A stretch of 59,477 nucleotides of DNA, filler included, from an uncultured virus (IMG/VR IMGVR_UViG_2049941000_000270) (3 parts of one record of this genome joined end to end with filler, not necessarily neighbours in it), one strand, 5' to 3'. Counted from the first letter of the whole stretch, positions 47,916-58,819 are shown. The notes: generated by a model from the sequence alone, not told the origin. Made by a program: numbers and translations.

Positions 47916-48669
47916 GCGAAGAAATTTGAAAGAAAAATATCTGGGTCACAGGCATCAATGTCAATGACTCTCCTGGATAAACTGGCAATACCCAAGGACA
48001 TTCTGTTCAAACAACTGGGAATCACATCACCATACAGGGATGGAACAGCATCTGCTTACCTGAAATCAAGGAAGATAGACATAAGGGACTGGAAGTATTT
48101 TGCATACAATCCCCTCACAATGGAACTCTATATCCTCAATCTGTCACCATCTGGTAGGGTAATTGGTTATCAAATAAGACAGCTTGACCCGAAGTCAAAC
48201 AAACAGAGATATCTGTCAAGCAGAATGACCAAGATATATTCCGATGTGTTCAATAAAGATATAGGAGGTATTGTGGAAAGACTTCTCTTGAAAGAACCTC
48301 TTGGTCAGAAGTATATTGAGGAAGAGGATGGTATTGAGAATATTGTTGCACATCTTGACAGGTTGTCAGGAATTTTCAACATTATGAATGTCAATATGGG
48401 TCAACCCCTCACTATTATGGAAGGTCCCATTGATTCACTTGCAATACCTAACTCCATAGCACTTCAAAGTGCAGCCAAACATCTTGACGGATTCTTTGAT
48501 GATGTGGAGAATGTAAGATACCTGTTTGACAATGACAAGACAGGAAGGGAGATGTCATTGAAGAAACTGAAGGCAGGAAAGACCATATTCCTTTGGAGTC
48601 AATATCTTTCCAAAATAAAGACAAAGGAAGTTGTGAAAGACCTGAATGACCTCCAGAAGAAGAATCTGT
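47916..48669 (+). CDS. DNA primase (gp61-like) C-terminal TOPRIM fragment
   Basis: YLKSR, GYQIR, IMEGPIDSL, YLFDNDKTG, KDLND. Confidence 0.85.
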
Positions 48670-48815
48670 NNNNNNNNNNGAGTTCAAGAAAACATCAGTA
48701 TCCTAAAGTTGGAACACTCAAGTTCTGGGAAATAGGAAAGGAGGATGAAGTCTTTGAAATTTATTTTGGAGAATGACAAAAAAGAAGAGAGAACTTTTGG
48801 TCCTCTCTTTTCTTT

Positions 48816-49394
48816 TTATTCAACTGAAAGGTCATCAAAGAATTTAATCTTGTCACCATCAATTCTCCAAGGGAAGTATTTGTTCATCAGGTCTTTGATG
48901 ATCTCCATACTGTTCTCTTCCCAACCATCCCTTTCAATCTCTTTCTGGACAACCTCTTCAATATCCCTTTCAGGATATGCTGCGAAGAGTGTCTGCATTG
49001 TCTTTATGTAGTTGTTGATCTTGTATTCAGAATTGTTCTTGAAGATATTCTTGATGATTTCCTCCATAAAGTTTTGGACAGCCACCATATCCTCCTTATA
49101 GTTGATTCCCAACCAGGTGATGATGTTTGCAAGCTGCTTGTCTGAACAATCTCCAGGATTCTCCTTATATCTGCTCTCAAAGTCCTTAAGAAGGTTCTGG
49201 ATAAGTATAAGTGCCTTTGCAGGGTCATTCACAAACTTCTTTGGAAGATATACTGATTCCGGATCCTCCATAATACCATCAAGGTCAATCTTATCCATAT
49301 GGTCTCTCAACCAACTTGTTATCTCGGCAACAAAGTCAGTGTCAAACAAACCACTCAAGCAGTTGGCAATTTCCTCATCAGTCATCTGTGAAAT
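48816..49394 (-). CDS. Helical fragment, possibly the C-terminus of the AAA+ ATPase
   Basis: Open to the gap at 5' end; ends at terminator-like hairpin ~48779-48818. Confidence 0.4.
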   Translation of the reverse strand: MSQMTDEEIANCLSGLFDTDFVAEITSWLRDHMDKIDLDGIMEDPESVYLPKKFVNDPAKALILIQNLLKDFESRYKENPGDCSDKQLANIITWLGINYKEDMVAVQNFMEEIIKNIFKNNSEYKINNYIKTMQTLFAAYPERDIEEVVQKEIERDGWEENSMEIIKDLMNKYFPWRIDGDKIKFFDDLSVE

Positions 49395-49438
49395 NNNNNN
49401 NNNNNNNNNNNNNNNNNNNNNNNNNNNNNNNNNNNNNN

Positions 49439-49450
49439 TTAATTAATTAA
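49439..49450. other. Artificial scaffold linker
   Basis: TTAATTAATTAA flanked by N runs. Confidence 0.95.
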
Positions 49451-49504
49451 NNNNNNNNNNNNNNNNNNNNNNNNNNNNNNNNNNNNNNNNNNNNTTTAAC
49501 TTAC

Positions 49505-50260
49505 TCATATCTCAAATTCAAAAGGATAATATGTTTCTTGATATTGTTCATTCTTGAAAGACACATTGACCAGTTTCTTACCATCTATTTCAACAGGATT
49601 GTGTTGACCGGAATGGACATGTCCGCAGAGTGCATACTTAAAGTTCCTGTCTTTCAATNNNNNNNNNNATTCAGGAGAACCATAATCTGCACCTGTATTG
49701 TAACATCCACCCTGGAGTACACCACCAAGACCTTCAATCTTTGGAGGCATATGTGTAATGATTACATCACACTTTTCAGGAATCTTATTGAACTTCTCCT
49801 TGAGTGAATCATTATCAAGATAAAATGCCCATCTTTTTAAATCCCTTATCCAAGGAGTACCATAGAACCTGTGACCTTCATACTCATAAGAAGAATCACA
49901 AAGATATACCAACTTGTTATACTTACCTTTCAAGTTACCAGGAAGGAGTTTCTTCATAACATCAGATGCACTCCTCCAGGTATATCTCCTGTATCCATCA
50001 GATTCATCTATCAATCTCCTGTGGATATTCTGCAAGAAGAAGTCATGATTACCTGAGATCATCACAAACTTTTTACAAGGAAGAGACTCAACCCAAGGTA
50101 AAAACACAAGACAAAACCAGGACACCATAGATGTCTGGTCAGACTGAATTTCCAATGGACTGATGTCACCGGCACAGCAGACAACATCACACTTTGGAAT
50201 ATCAGGCAATGAACCATGAATATCACTTATTCCAACTATTTTCAATTTCTTTTTTTCCAT
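49505..50260 (-). CDS. Calcineurin-like metallophosphoesterase (intact motifs)
   Basis: SDIHG, AGD, GNHD, THMPP, GHVH. Confidence 0.9.
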   Translation of the reverse strand: MEKKKLKIVGISDIHGSLPDIPKCDVVCCAGDISPLEIQSDQTSMVSWFCLVFLPWVESLPCKKFVMISGNHDFFLQNIHRRLIDESDGYRRYTWRSASDVMKKLLPGNLKGKYNKLVYLCDSSYEYEGHRFYGTPWIRDLKRWAFYLDNDSLKEKFNKIPEKCDVIITHMPPKIEGLGGVLQGGCYNTGADYGSPEXXXXLKDRNFKYALCGHVHSGQHNPVEIDGKKLVNVSFKNEQYQETYYPFEFEI

Positions 50261-50527
50261 ATTATAAAGTCCAAATATTTAAAAACCAATCTCCATATGA
50301 ACCCATCAAGTCTTCCCTACCATTTAACAGNNNNNNNNNNTATATTCAGAAGTTCACCAATCTCTTTACATAATTCAGGTGTTCTGAACCAGATCTCACT
50401 TCTCACATAATCATAATGTGCCTTACCTGTATCATCCTGATAATTATTGATGATGTGGTGAAGTATATAGTCTAATTTCATAACAAACAATATTTTACTT
50501 TATAAAAATAACAAAAGAGGAAGACTT

Positions 50528-50878
50528 TTACCTGTTTTCCTCTTCTTTTTTTATTCTATCCTCTATTATCTTGTAATAATCCTCATTGAGTTCAAACCCT
50601 ATGAAGTTCCTTTTTGTCCTGATAGCTGCTATCGCAGTCGTACCTGAACCCATACAATTATCCAATATTGTATCACCTTCATTAGAGTAAGTCCTTATCA
50701 ACCACTNNNNNNNNNNNNNNNNNNNNNNNNNNNNNNNNNNNNNNNNNNCATCCCAGGAACAGGAGGATGTACCATAAGGAAGGTCACAGATGATACAGTC
50801 AATGGACTTGTCAGGAATTTCCTTCATTCCTTCAAGACAGTCCATATTATATACCTTATTAAAGTCCATAATACTCAT
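50528..50878 (-). CDS. N4/N6 DNA methyltransferase (gapped)
   Basis: [39 protein letters not shown]...FIGFEL. Confidence 0.85.
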   Translation of the reverse strand: MSIMDFNKVYNMDCLEGMKEIPDKSIDCIICDLPYGTSSCSWDXXXXXXXXXXXXXXXWLIRTYSNEGDTILDNCMGSGTTAIAAIRTKRNFIGFELNEDYYKIIEDRIKKEEENR

Positions 50879-51119
50879 CCTTACTCATCCAACCTTCTGG
50901 TTTAACAGTACTGATATGTACATAGTTCCCATATTCATGTGCATAGAGGTTTACACAGTCAAACAACTCATCTTTGTCAACTTCCTGTTCCACATAGTAT
51001 AATGGGTTGTGTTCATCACAAAGGTCACAGGCCTTTGACCTACAAGTAAATTTTACATCTCCATCACCAAGACCACACTGATAATGGAGAATATAAATCT
51101 TAATCTTCTTATTGTTCAT
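50859..51119 (-). CDS. Small Cys-rich hypothetical protein
   Basis: 86 aa; ATG 4 nt after TTTGTTATTTTTA (51124-51136). Confidence 0.55.
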   Translation of the reverse strand: MNNKKIKIYILHYQCGLGDGDVKFTCRSKACDLCDEHNPLYYVEQEVDKDELFDCVNLYAHEYGNYVHISTVKPEGWMSKDEYYGL

Positions 51120-51133
51120 ACAATAAAAATAAC

Positions 51134-51161
51134 AAAGGGTGAGAAATTATCTCACCCTTTT
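51134..51161 (-). terminator. Intrinsic terminator
   Basis: AAAGGGTGAGA-AATTA-TCTCACCCTTTT. Confidence 0.8.
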
Positions 51162-51163
51162 CA

Positions 51164-51417
51164 TTATAATTCAATTTCTTTTTTGGTTTTCAAATCAATT
51201 ATCCGTTGGTTGGAACTTCCTCTGAAAGCAAGTGATGTGTCTCTCTTTGTACAATCAAACATTCCATCTACAAGGATATTTGCCAGATCCAGGATCTCCT
51301 TGAAATGTTCCTGACAATACTCGAATGTGTAACCTGTATAAATCCACACATCCTTTGTATCACCAAACCTTTCCCTGAAATGTTGCAGGAGTTCAAGTAT
51401 GCCATCAGGACTGTCAA
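51164..51417 (-). CDS. nrdG: Anaerobic RNR activase, C-terminal fragment
   Basis: KDVWIYTGYTFE, LVDGMF, LAFRGSSNQRII. Confidence 0.9.
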
Positions 51418-51454
51418 NNNNNNNNNNNNNNNNNNNNNNNNNNNNNNNNNNNNN

Positions 51455-51833
51455 AGTCTGGGAAAAGGTTACTCCTTTTGAGAAGATTGATATTGAATCA
51501 CAACTCACCTGTTACAGTTCTGCCGGTTGTATTACTTATGTTGAACTTCCTTCAACTGTACTACATAACACAGAAGCACTTGAGACTATTGTCAATTATG
51601 CAATGGATCATGACATTCCTTACTTTGCAGTCAATACACCTAATGACTTGTGTAATGATTGTGGTTACCAGGGAGAACTTGGTGAGACATGTCCACAGTG
51701 TGGAGGTAAGAACATCAGCAGACTCCGCCGCGTGACCGGATACCTTACTGGCGATTTTCGTACTGCTTTCAATCTAGGTAAGCAGGATGAGACAGAAGAT
51801 AGAGTTAAACACCAAAAAGAAATTGTGATTTAA
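51455..51833 (+). CDS. nrdD: Anaerobic RNR, C-terminal fragment (inverted in scaffold)
   Basis: CNDCGY...CPQCG zinc site and RRVTGYL glycyl radical motif. Confidence 0.95.
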
Positions 51834-51835
51834 TT

Positions 51836-52013
51836 ATGAAGTATGAGAGTATTACAACATCAGATGTGAATAATGGTTTAGGTTGTAGGGTGACTTTGTG
51901 GGTTTCTGGTTGTACTCATCATTGTAAGGGTTGTCACAATAAGAAGACCTGGAAGTTTACATCAGGAAGAGATTACACCCAGGAGGTTGAGAAGGTACTC
52001 TTTGATGAGATTG
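51836..52013 (+). CDS. nrdG: Anaerobic RNR activase, N-terminal fragment
   Basis: NGLGCRVTLWVSGCTHHCKGCHN radical SAM CxxxCxxC. Confidence 0.9.
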
Positions 52014-52024
52014 ANNNNNNNNNN

Positions 52025-54171
52025 GAGTACAGTTGAAGGAAGTTCCACATAGGTAATACAACCTGCTGAACTGTAACAGGTGAGTTGTGATTCAATGTCA
52101 ATCTTCTCAAATGGAGTAACCTTTTCCCAGACAGGAACATGCATTGAGTTAGTGAAGTACTCTCTGTCAGATACATTCTCAATCACACCATACTTGTCAC
52201 GGAATTTCTTGAGAGCTGTATAACAGAGATTCTCTGCCGGTGTGTAATAGACACCAAAGTTCAGACTGTACTCCTTCTTATATTCAGCACATCTGTCCTT
52301 GAAGAGTTGTTCAATCCTCTTTGCAAGTGCCATTCCCTCATCTGTGAGATGGTTCTTACCTATAAGAAGTTGAAGTGTTTCAGCCAGACCAAGTTGACCA
52401 ATAACTATTGTACCATGTTTCAGGGCTGACCTGATACCTTCTTCTGGGACATAACCTGCCATTGTATGGTTGGTGTACATAAAGTCTGCTGACTTTGGTG
52501 ACTGTGAGCAGATCCACTCGAATCTCTCAATAAGCATATCCTTTGCCTCACCAATCTTCTTGTCAAGGAGTTTCATAAATTTCTCGACATCTCTGTCCGC
52601 TTCCATTGCAAGTGTAGGCATAATGATTGTAACAGGACATATATTTCCTCTACCATCCTTCAACTGACCAAGACCATTCACATCCCAACCATTTGCTGTT
52701 CTACAACCCATTGTACTGAAATAAGTTCTTGGATCATTGATGTCATAACCTGCATTACCTGACCAGTCAACATTTGCATAGTTAGGATAAAGTCTCTTTG
52801 CTGTTGACTTCAATGCCAACTGATAAAGGTCATAGTTAGGAGTGCCTGGTTTGTCATTGACACCCTTCATATACTGGAATATACCACAAGGGAAGATAGG
52901 TGTCTTATGGAACTTACCCAGACCGGCAATAGATACCTCAAGGATTTTCTGTGTAACCATCCTTCCTTCCGGTGATGTACATGTACCATAGTTGATTGAT
53001 GTAAAAGGAAGCTGGTTACCTGACCTGGATTNNNNNNNNNNATAAAGTCTCTTTGCTGTTGACTTGAGCGCCAACTGATAGAGGTCATAGTTAGGAGTAC
53101 CTGGTTTGTCATTGACACCCTTCATATACTGGAAGATACCACAAGGGAAGATAGGTGTCTTATGGAACTTACCAAGACCGGCAATTGATACCTCAAGGAT
53201 TTTCTGTGTAACCATCCTTCCTTCTGGTGAAGTACATGTACCATAGTTGATTGATGTNNNNNNNNNNACATTCCCTCAACTGCCTGGTAAGTCTCTGCCT
53301 CTGTCTGACCATAGGCATAGTTATAAACCTTTTCATATTTATTCTTGAATTCCTCATTGTCAAAACAGAGTTCACCAACCTCATCTTCAATCTGTTTTGT
53401 TATCTTCTCAGCATCATCCTTTGTCATACCCTGTACAAATCTGTACCAACCCTTCACATGTTTCCTGAAAGATTTCTTTACATAAGGTACCATTGTCCAG
53501 TCAAGGTGTGTGGCACTTACACCTCCGAACTGCTGGAGTGACTGTAACTGGAAGATAACTGCAACCAGCTGCATTGCTGTGTTGATTGAGTTTGCAGGAC
53601 GGACATCAGTCTGTCTTGTATTGAATCCCTTTGCAAGAAGATCATCAAAAGGTATTGAGAGACAGTTGTGCATGCCTGCTGCATATGAATCTAAATCATG
53701 TATATATATTTCATTATTAAGATGGTTGTTCTTTGACTTCTTACTCATACAATACTTAAGAGCATAATCCTTTGTCACTACTCTGGTGACCTCGCCCATT
53801 CTTCCACCGAATGAATATTCATCTACATTGGCATTCTGGTTTTCTACATTCTTTGCGAGGAGTTTCTTTTCCACATCCTTTGTGAGCTGATTCTTTTCCT
53901 CTCTCATTGCTTTGTGTTCTGCCCTGTAAATGATGAAGTTCTTAGCAACACATGGGTAATACTTCATAAGGTACTTCTCAATCTTGTCCTGAATGTCCTC
54001 AACATTGATTGATTCTTCCCCATACTTGTCTACCCATTCCTTGATGAAGTCATATACCTCAACAGGAGTCTCCATCTCCTTTGAGGCAAATGCCTTGTCA
54101 AGTACATTGTAGATCTTCTCAATACGGAAGTGGGCACTGGTGCCATCTCTTTTTATTACCGTTTTGATCAT
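52025..54171 (-). CDS. nrdD: Class III anaerobic ribonucleoside-triphosphate reductase (gapped, with variant duplicates)
   Basis: ATP-cone VIKRDG, IYIHDLD, HNC, QFGG, TMGCR, GRGN, TPAENL, YFTNS. Confidence 0.95.
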
Positions 54172-54196
54172 ACAAATTTATTTTGATTATATTATA

Positions 54197-54862
54197 TTAT
54201 TCACCACAGTTGAGCTGATTGACTATGGTGTTTGTGTTCTCATCAACAGTGAAGTAGTTGTGATAAATGGCAACAGTACCATTATAAACATTCTCCTTCT
54301 TATCCAGGGTTCTTACATTTTCAACAGTCTTGAATACATAATTGTCTGAAGATGTACATACCTTACTGAGTTTAATATTATAGAGGTCCGCCTCATATCC
54401 TTCCCTGGTGCAGACCTCTCTCTCATCCCAGATACACTCAAACTCCTCTCCTGACACTTCACACTTCTTTATGATAGTACCCTTCTTTGTTCCTGTGTAT
54501 TCTGTAAATTGTTTGTCCTCCTCATCAATATCAGATGGGAGGGCAACATTATTCTTAATTGTCACAAGTTTATATCCCTCATATAAATCTCCGGCATACA
54601 CATAACCCTCATCTGTGAGAAACATATGATTGGGAGTTGCCTTTAATATTGTTCCATCCTCAAATGTTATTTCCATAATTGTCATATCATATCCTGACAA
54701 CCTGGGATGAAACATCTTTGACATCTTTATGTTTCCTTCATCATCAAGGCAATACACATCAACATCATCTCCGACATCCGCCAGTTCCTTGAAGGACTTG
54801 AGTCCTTCAACAGTCCACAACTTGGTATCTCCTGTTACACAAGGATTTAACATTTTCATCAT
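54197..54862 (-). CDS. Free-standing intein (Hint domain) with RNR-type extein stubs NP and CGE
   Basis: MMKMLNP|CVTGDT (block A), ATPNH (block B), VYNGTVAIYHNY (block F), QLN|CGE-stop (block G); no gaps. Confidence 0.9.
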   Translation of the reverse strand: MMKMLNPCVTGDTKLWTVEGLKSFKELADVGDDVDVYCLDDEGNIKMSKMFHPRLSGYDMTIMEITFEDGTILKATPNHMFLTDEGYVYAGDLYEGYKLVTIKNNVALPSDIDEEDKQFTEYTGTKKGTIIKKCEVSGEEFECIWDEREVCTREGYEADLYNIKLSKVCTSSDNYVFKTVENVRTLDKKENVYNGTVAIYHNYFTVDENTNTIVNQLNCGE

Positions 54863-54884
54863 TAAATTTTGATTAAAATTAAAC

Positions 54885-55415
54885 TTAATTTTTCATTTTT
54901 GGCGGTAAGTTATTTATGTATTCATCCACCAATTTTTCACTCTCCAACCTTAAGTTCCAGATACTGAAATCCTTAAAGTCTTTTGCATCATTTTTGAGGC
55001 GGACTTCATTGTCATCACCCACCTTATTTGTGTATCTACTGTTCAGTCTCTGTCTCCTTACTTCCTCTGGAATGTCAAGATAAATGATTGTAAATCTGTC
55101 TCTTAACTCTGGAAACTGTGTGAACACATCCCTCACATTGGCTGGTGAGAGGATTGCCACATCAGAGTTAATGAATTCATCATAAGACACACCATACCAA
55201 CCGATCCTGTAGAAGTTTACAGATATGAAACTACCTTTATTTTCCATATCCTTAAATACAGGTTCAGAGACAAAATGATACTCATCTCCAGTCTCATTTT
55301 CTCTCTTCTCCCTGGTGGTGTATTGCTTCATTGGATGATAGCCTTTTTCCTCCATTTTCTTGATGAGCCAGTCTTTTCCGGAAGCACCTGGACCCACAAT
55401 GATATATTTACTCAT
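54885..55415 (-). CDS. gmk: Guanylate kinase-like protein
   Basis: IIVGPGASGKD, YTTREKRENE, YHFVS, WYG. Confidence 0.85.
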   Translation of the reverse strand: MSKYIIVGPGASGKDWLIKKMEEKGYHPMKQYTTREKRENETGDEYHFVSEPVFKDMENKGSFISVNFYRIGWYGVSYDEFINSDVAILSPANVRDVFTQFPELRDRFTIIYLDIPEEVRRQRLNSRYTNKVGDDNEVRLKNDAKDFKDFSIWNLRLESEKLVDEYINNLPPKMKN

Positions 55416-55572
55416 TCAAATACTTTTTAAAGTTCTCAATGAGGTTACCTTTGAGATTGGTGTTCCATTCATCCTGTGACATTGGTATCTGTTTGACACT
55501 GTCATCATCAAGATGGATCTCAGCAACCTCCTTACCTACATTATATGTTACTCTATAAATCTCTCCTTTCAT
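55408..55572 (-). CDS. Small hypothetical protein
   Basis: MKGEIYRVTY...; ATG 4 nt after TTTGTTATCTTTC, preceded by terminator hairpin ~55586-55612. Confidence 0.55.
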   Translation of the reverse strand: MKGEIYRVTYNVGKEVAEIHLDDDSVKQIPMSQDEWNTNLKGNLIENFKKYLNE

Positions 55573-55747
55573 ATAAGAAAGATAACAAAAAAGGAGATGA
55601 TTTCTCATCTCCANNNNNNNNNNAAGGAGTTTCTTTTCCACATCCTTTGTGAGTTGATTCTTTTCCTCTCTCATTGCTTTGTGTTCCGCCCTGTAAATGA
55701 TGAAGTTCTTAGCAACACATGGGTAATACTTCATAAGNNNNNNNNNN

Positions 55748-56327
55748 AACATGAGAACATCAGTATCTTTTCCAAGAATGGTAAGAAGACTGTCTATAAC
55801 CCACAGATGATAAAGGGTGAACCATACAAGAGGACACACAAAATATCAGAGGTTGACATCAATAATCATAACATAGGTTTTAACAGAAGGGAGGTTGTCA
55901 GTGTCAATGAAGGTTTCAGATACCCTGACAGTGTGTTGGAGTTCCAACAGAAGTGGAGAAGACAGGACCAGGTTCATCCCACACAGAAACCGGTTGAACT
56001 GATTGAGTGGTTGATAAGGACTTACTCTAATGAAGGTGANNNNNNNNNNGATGGTGGTGCAATAGTCCTGTTTGGTACAGAACCATTCAGTAGTATGTTG
56101 AGGATGAGTAATCTGAAATGGTATAAGTATGATCTGATATGGAAGAAATCAAAGAGTGGTTCTGCTTTCTGTGCCAAGTATAGACCGATATATCAGATAT
56201 TTCCATTATCTNNNNNNNNNNTATTGACTGTATCATCTGTGATCTTCCTTATGGATCCAGCGGTTGCTCCTGGGATATACTCATACCCTTTGACAAACTA
56301 TGGGAACAATATGAGAGAATCATCAAG
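55748..56327. CDS. Scattered N4/N6 DNA methyltransferase fragments
   Basis: HENISIF...YNPQM...[34 protein letters not shown]...KYDLIWKK; minus-strand [10 protein letters not shown] duplicate. Confidence 0.75.
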
Positions 56328-58629
56328 NNNNNNNNNNTACATCTTCCAAGATATGAACATATTGCTGCTTCAGATGAGAATAACCCCAGAGGTATAGTAG
56401 ACAAAGATGATATAGACCTTATAAAAGGGGATAATAATATTTTCTTTAAATTGGATGTTAGTGGTGTTTATGGTGTTAGTAGTCCATCTGAATACAATAA
56501 CAATAATATGGTATTGGATGTTAGTAATCTTAATTCATTTAATAATTATATATATTATACAGGTAAAATTACAGGAGGGTTCACTAAAGANNNNNNNNNN
56601 NNNNNNNNNNNNNNNNNNNNNNNNNNNNNNNNNNNNNNNNNNNNNNNNNNNNNNNNNNNNNNNNNNNNNNNNNNNNNNNNNNNNNNNNNNNNNNNNNNNN
56701 NNNNNNNNNNNNNNNNNNNNNNNNNNNNNNNNNNNNNNNNNNNNNNNNNNNNNNNNNNNNNNNNNNNNNNNNNNNNNNNNNNNNNNNNNNNNNNNNNNNN
56801 NNNNNNNNNNNNNNNNNNNNNNNNNNNNNNNNNAATATTTCAAGTAATGCAATATATGTCAAAGCAGAGGGTGGTGGTTCAAAATCATCCACAAGTTATA
56901 TTTCATCAGTCACATATGCATCAAATGATGTTAGTTTACAAATATATCTAGTAGATAGTACACTTCTATCTCTTAGTGTAATATCTATGAGTGTTGATGA
57001 ATATTTTGATATGTGTATTCTTGCAAAATATACTTCAGGCANNNNNNNNNNNNNNNNNNNNNNNNNNNNNNNNNNNNNNNNNNNNNNNNNNNNNNNNNNN
57101 NNNNNNNNNNNNNNNNNNNNNNNNNNNNNNNNNNNNNNNNNNNNNNNNNNNNNNNNNNNNNNNNNNNNNNNNNNNNNNNNNNNNNNNNNNNNNNNNNNNN
57201 NNNNNNNNNNNNNNNNNNNNNNNNNNNNNNNNNNNNNNNNNNNNNNNNNNNNNNNNNNNNNNNNNNNNNNNNNNNNNNNNNNNNNNNNNNNNNNNNNNNN
57301 NNNNNNNNNNNNNNNNNNNNNNNNNNNNNNNNNNNNNNNNNNNNNNNNNNNNNNNNNNNNNNNNNNNNNNNNNNNNNNNNNNNNNNNNNNNNNNNNNNNN
57401 NNNNNNNNNNNNNNNNNNNNNNNNNNNNNNNNNNNNNNNNNNNNNNNNNNNNNNNNNNNNNNNNNNNNNNNNNNNNNNNNNNNNNNNNNNNNNNNNNNNN
57501 NNNNNNNNNNNNNNNNNNNNNNNNNNNNNNNNNNNNNNNNNNNNNNNNNNNNNNNNNNNNNNNNNNNNNNNNNNNNNNNNNNNNNNNNNNNNNNNNNNNN
57601 NNNNNNNNNNNNNNTCCTGGATCTCCTTCGCCTTATCCTGGTGAGCATAAAGTTCCTTTGAGACATTCCTGTATTCCTCAATGATACCTATGATGTCCTT
57701 TATTTCCTTTTCTGTGAAATTAATCTTCATCTTTTACCAGTTTTGCAAATATGAAACCTTCCTTGATACAGTCATACTTGACTCCACCAATGTTCAATGG
57801 AGTGGTTCTGCCCAGTGGTTTGATGATTATATCACCCTCTTTGAGTATTGAACCCTCATAGGGTTTTCAACNNNNNNNNNNNNNNNNNNNNNNNNNNNNN
57901 NNNNNNNNNNNNNNNNNNNNNNNNNNNNNNNNNNNNNNNNNNNNNNNNNNNNNNNNNNNNNNNNNNNNNNNNNNNNNNNNNNNNNNNNNNNNNNNNNNNN
58001 NNNNNNNNNNNNNNNNNNNNNNNNNNNNNNNNNNNNNNNNNNNNNNNNNNNNNNNNNNNNNNNNNNNNNNNNNNNNNNNNNNNNNNNNNNNNNNNNNNNN
58101 NNNNNNNNNNNNNNNNNNNNNNNNNNNNNNNNNNNNNNNNNNNNNNNNNNNNNNNNNNNNNNNNNNNNNNNNNNNNNNNNNNNNNNNNNNNNNNNNNNNN
58201 NNNNNNNNNNNNNNNNNNNNNNNNNNNNNNNNNNNNNNNNNNNNNNNNNNNNNNNNNNNNNNNNNNNNNNNNNNNNNNNNNNNNNNNNNNNNNNNNNNNN
58301 NNNNNNNNNNNNNNNNNNNNNNNNNNNNNNNNNNNNNNNNNNNNNNNNNNNNNNNNNNNNNNNNNNNNNNNNNNNNNNNNNNNNNNNNNNNNNNNNNNNN
58401 NNNNNNNNNNNNNNNNNNNNNNNNNNNNNNNNNNNNNNNNNNNNNNNNNNNNNNNNNNNNNNNNNNNNNNNNNNNNNNNNNNNNNNNNNNNNNNNNNNNN
58501 NNNNNNNNNNNNNNNNNNNNNNNNNNNNNNNNNNNNNNNNNNNNNNNNNNNNNNNNNNNNNNNNNNNNNNNNNNNNNNNNNNNNNNNNNNNNNNNNNNNN
58601 NNNNNNNNNNNNNNNNNNNNNNNNNTGAA

Positions 58630-58819
58630 GATGAGGGAGAGATATAAGGATTTCAATCTTGAAAATGAAATCCATTACAGGATTTCCCAGGGTATTGCGG
58701 AAGAGATAATGAAACTATATGGTGACCAGATAAATGTTGAGTATAAAGTGGATATGGATACACAAGTGTATAGTCTGGATGTATATGTCTGCAAACCACA
58801 AAAGAAAGAGAGACTTTAA
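58630..58819 (+). CDS. Hypothetical protein fragment
   Basis: Open frame ending at terminator hairpin AAAGAGAGAC-TTTAAG-GTCTCTCTTTT. Confidence 0.4.

Noticed and set aside
48745..49011. ORF starting MKSLKFILE resembling a capsid-targeting leader
   Set aside because: It crosses a terminator and runs antisense to the 48816-49394 coding region; likely spurious.
51164..53257. Apparent split, inverted or duplicated nrdD/nrdG (possible invertible locus or trans-splicing)
   Set aside because: Every breakpoint coincides with an N gap and the pieces overlap with SNP variants; explained by scaffolding of strain variants.
55513..56397. Long ORFs spanning nrdD-like and methyltransferase pieces
   Set aside because: Concatenations of tiny N-separated fragments in mixed orientation; not real genes.
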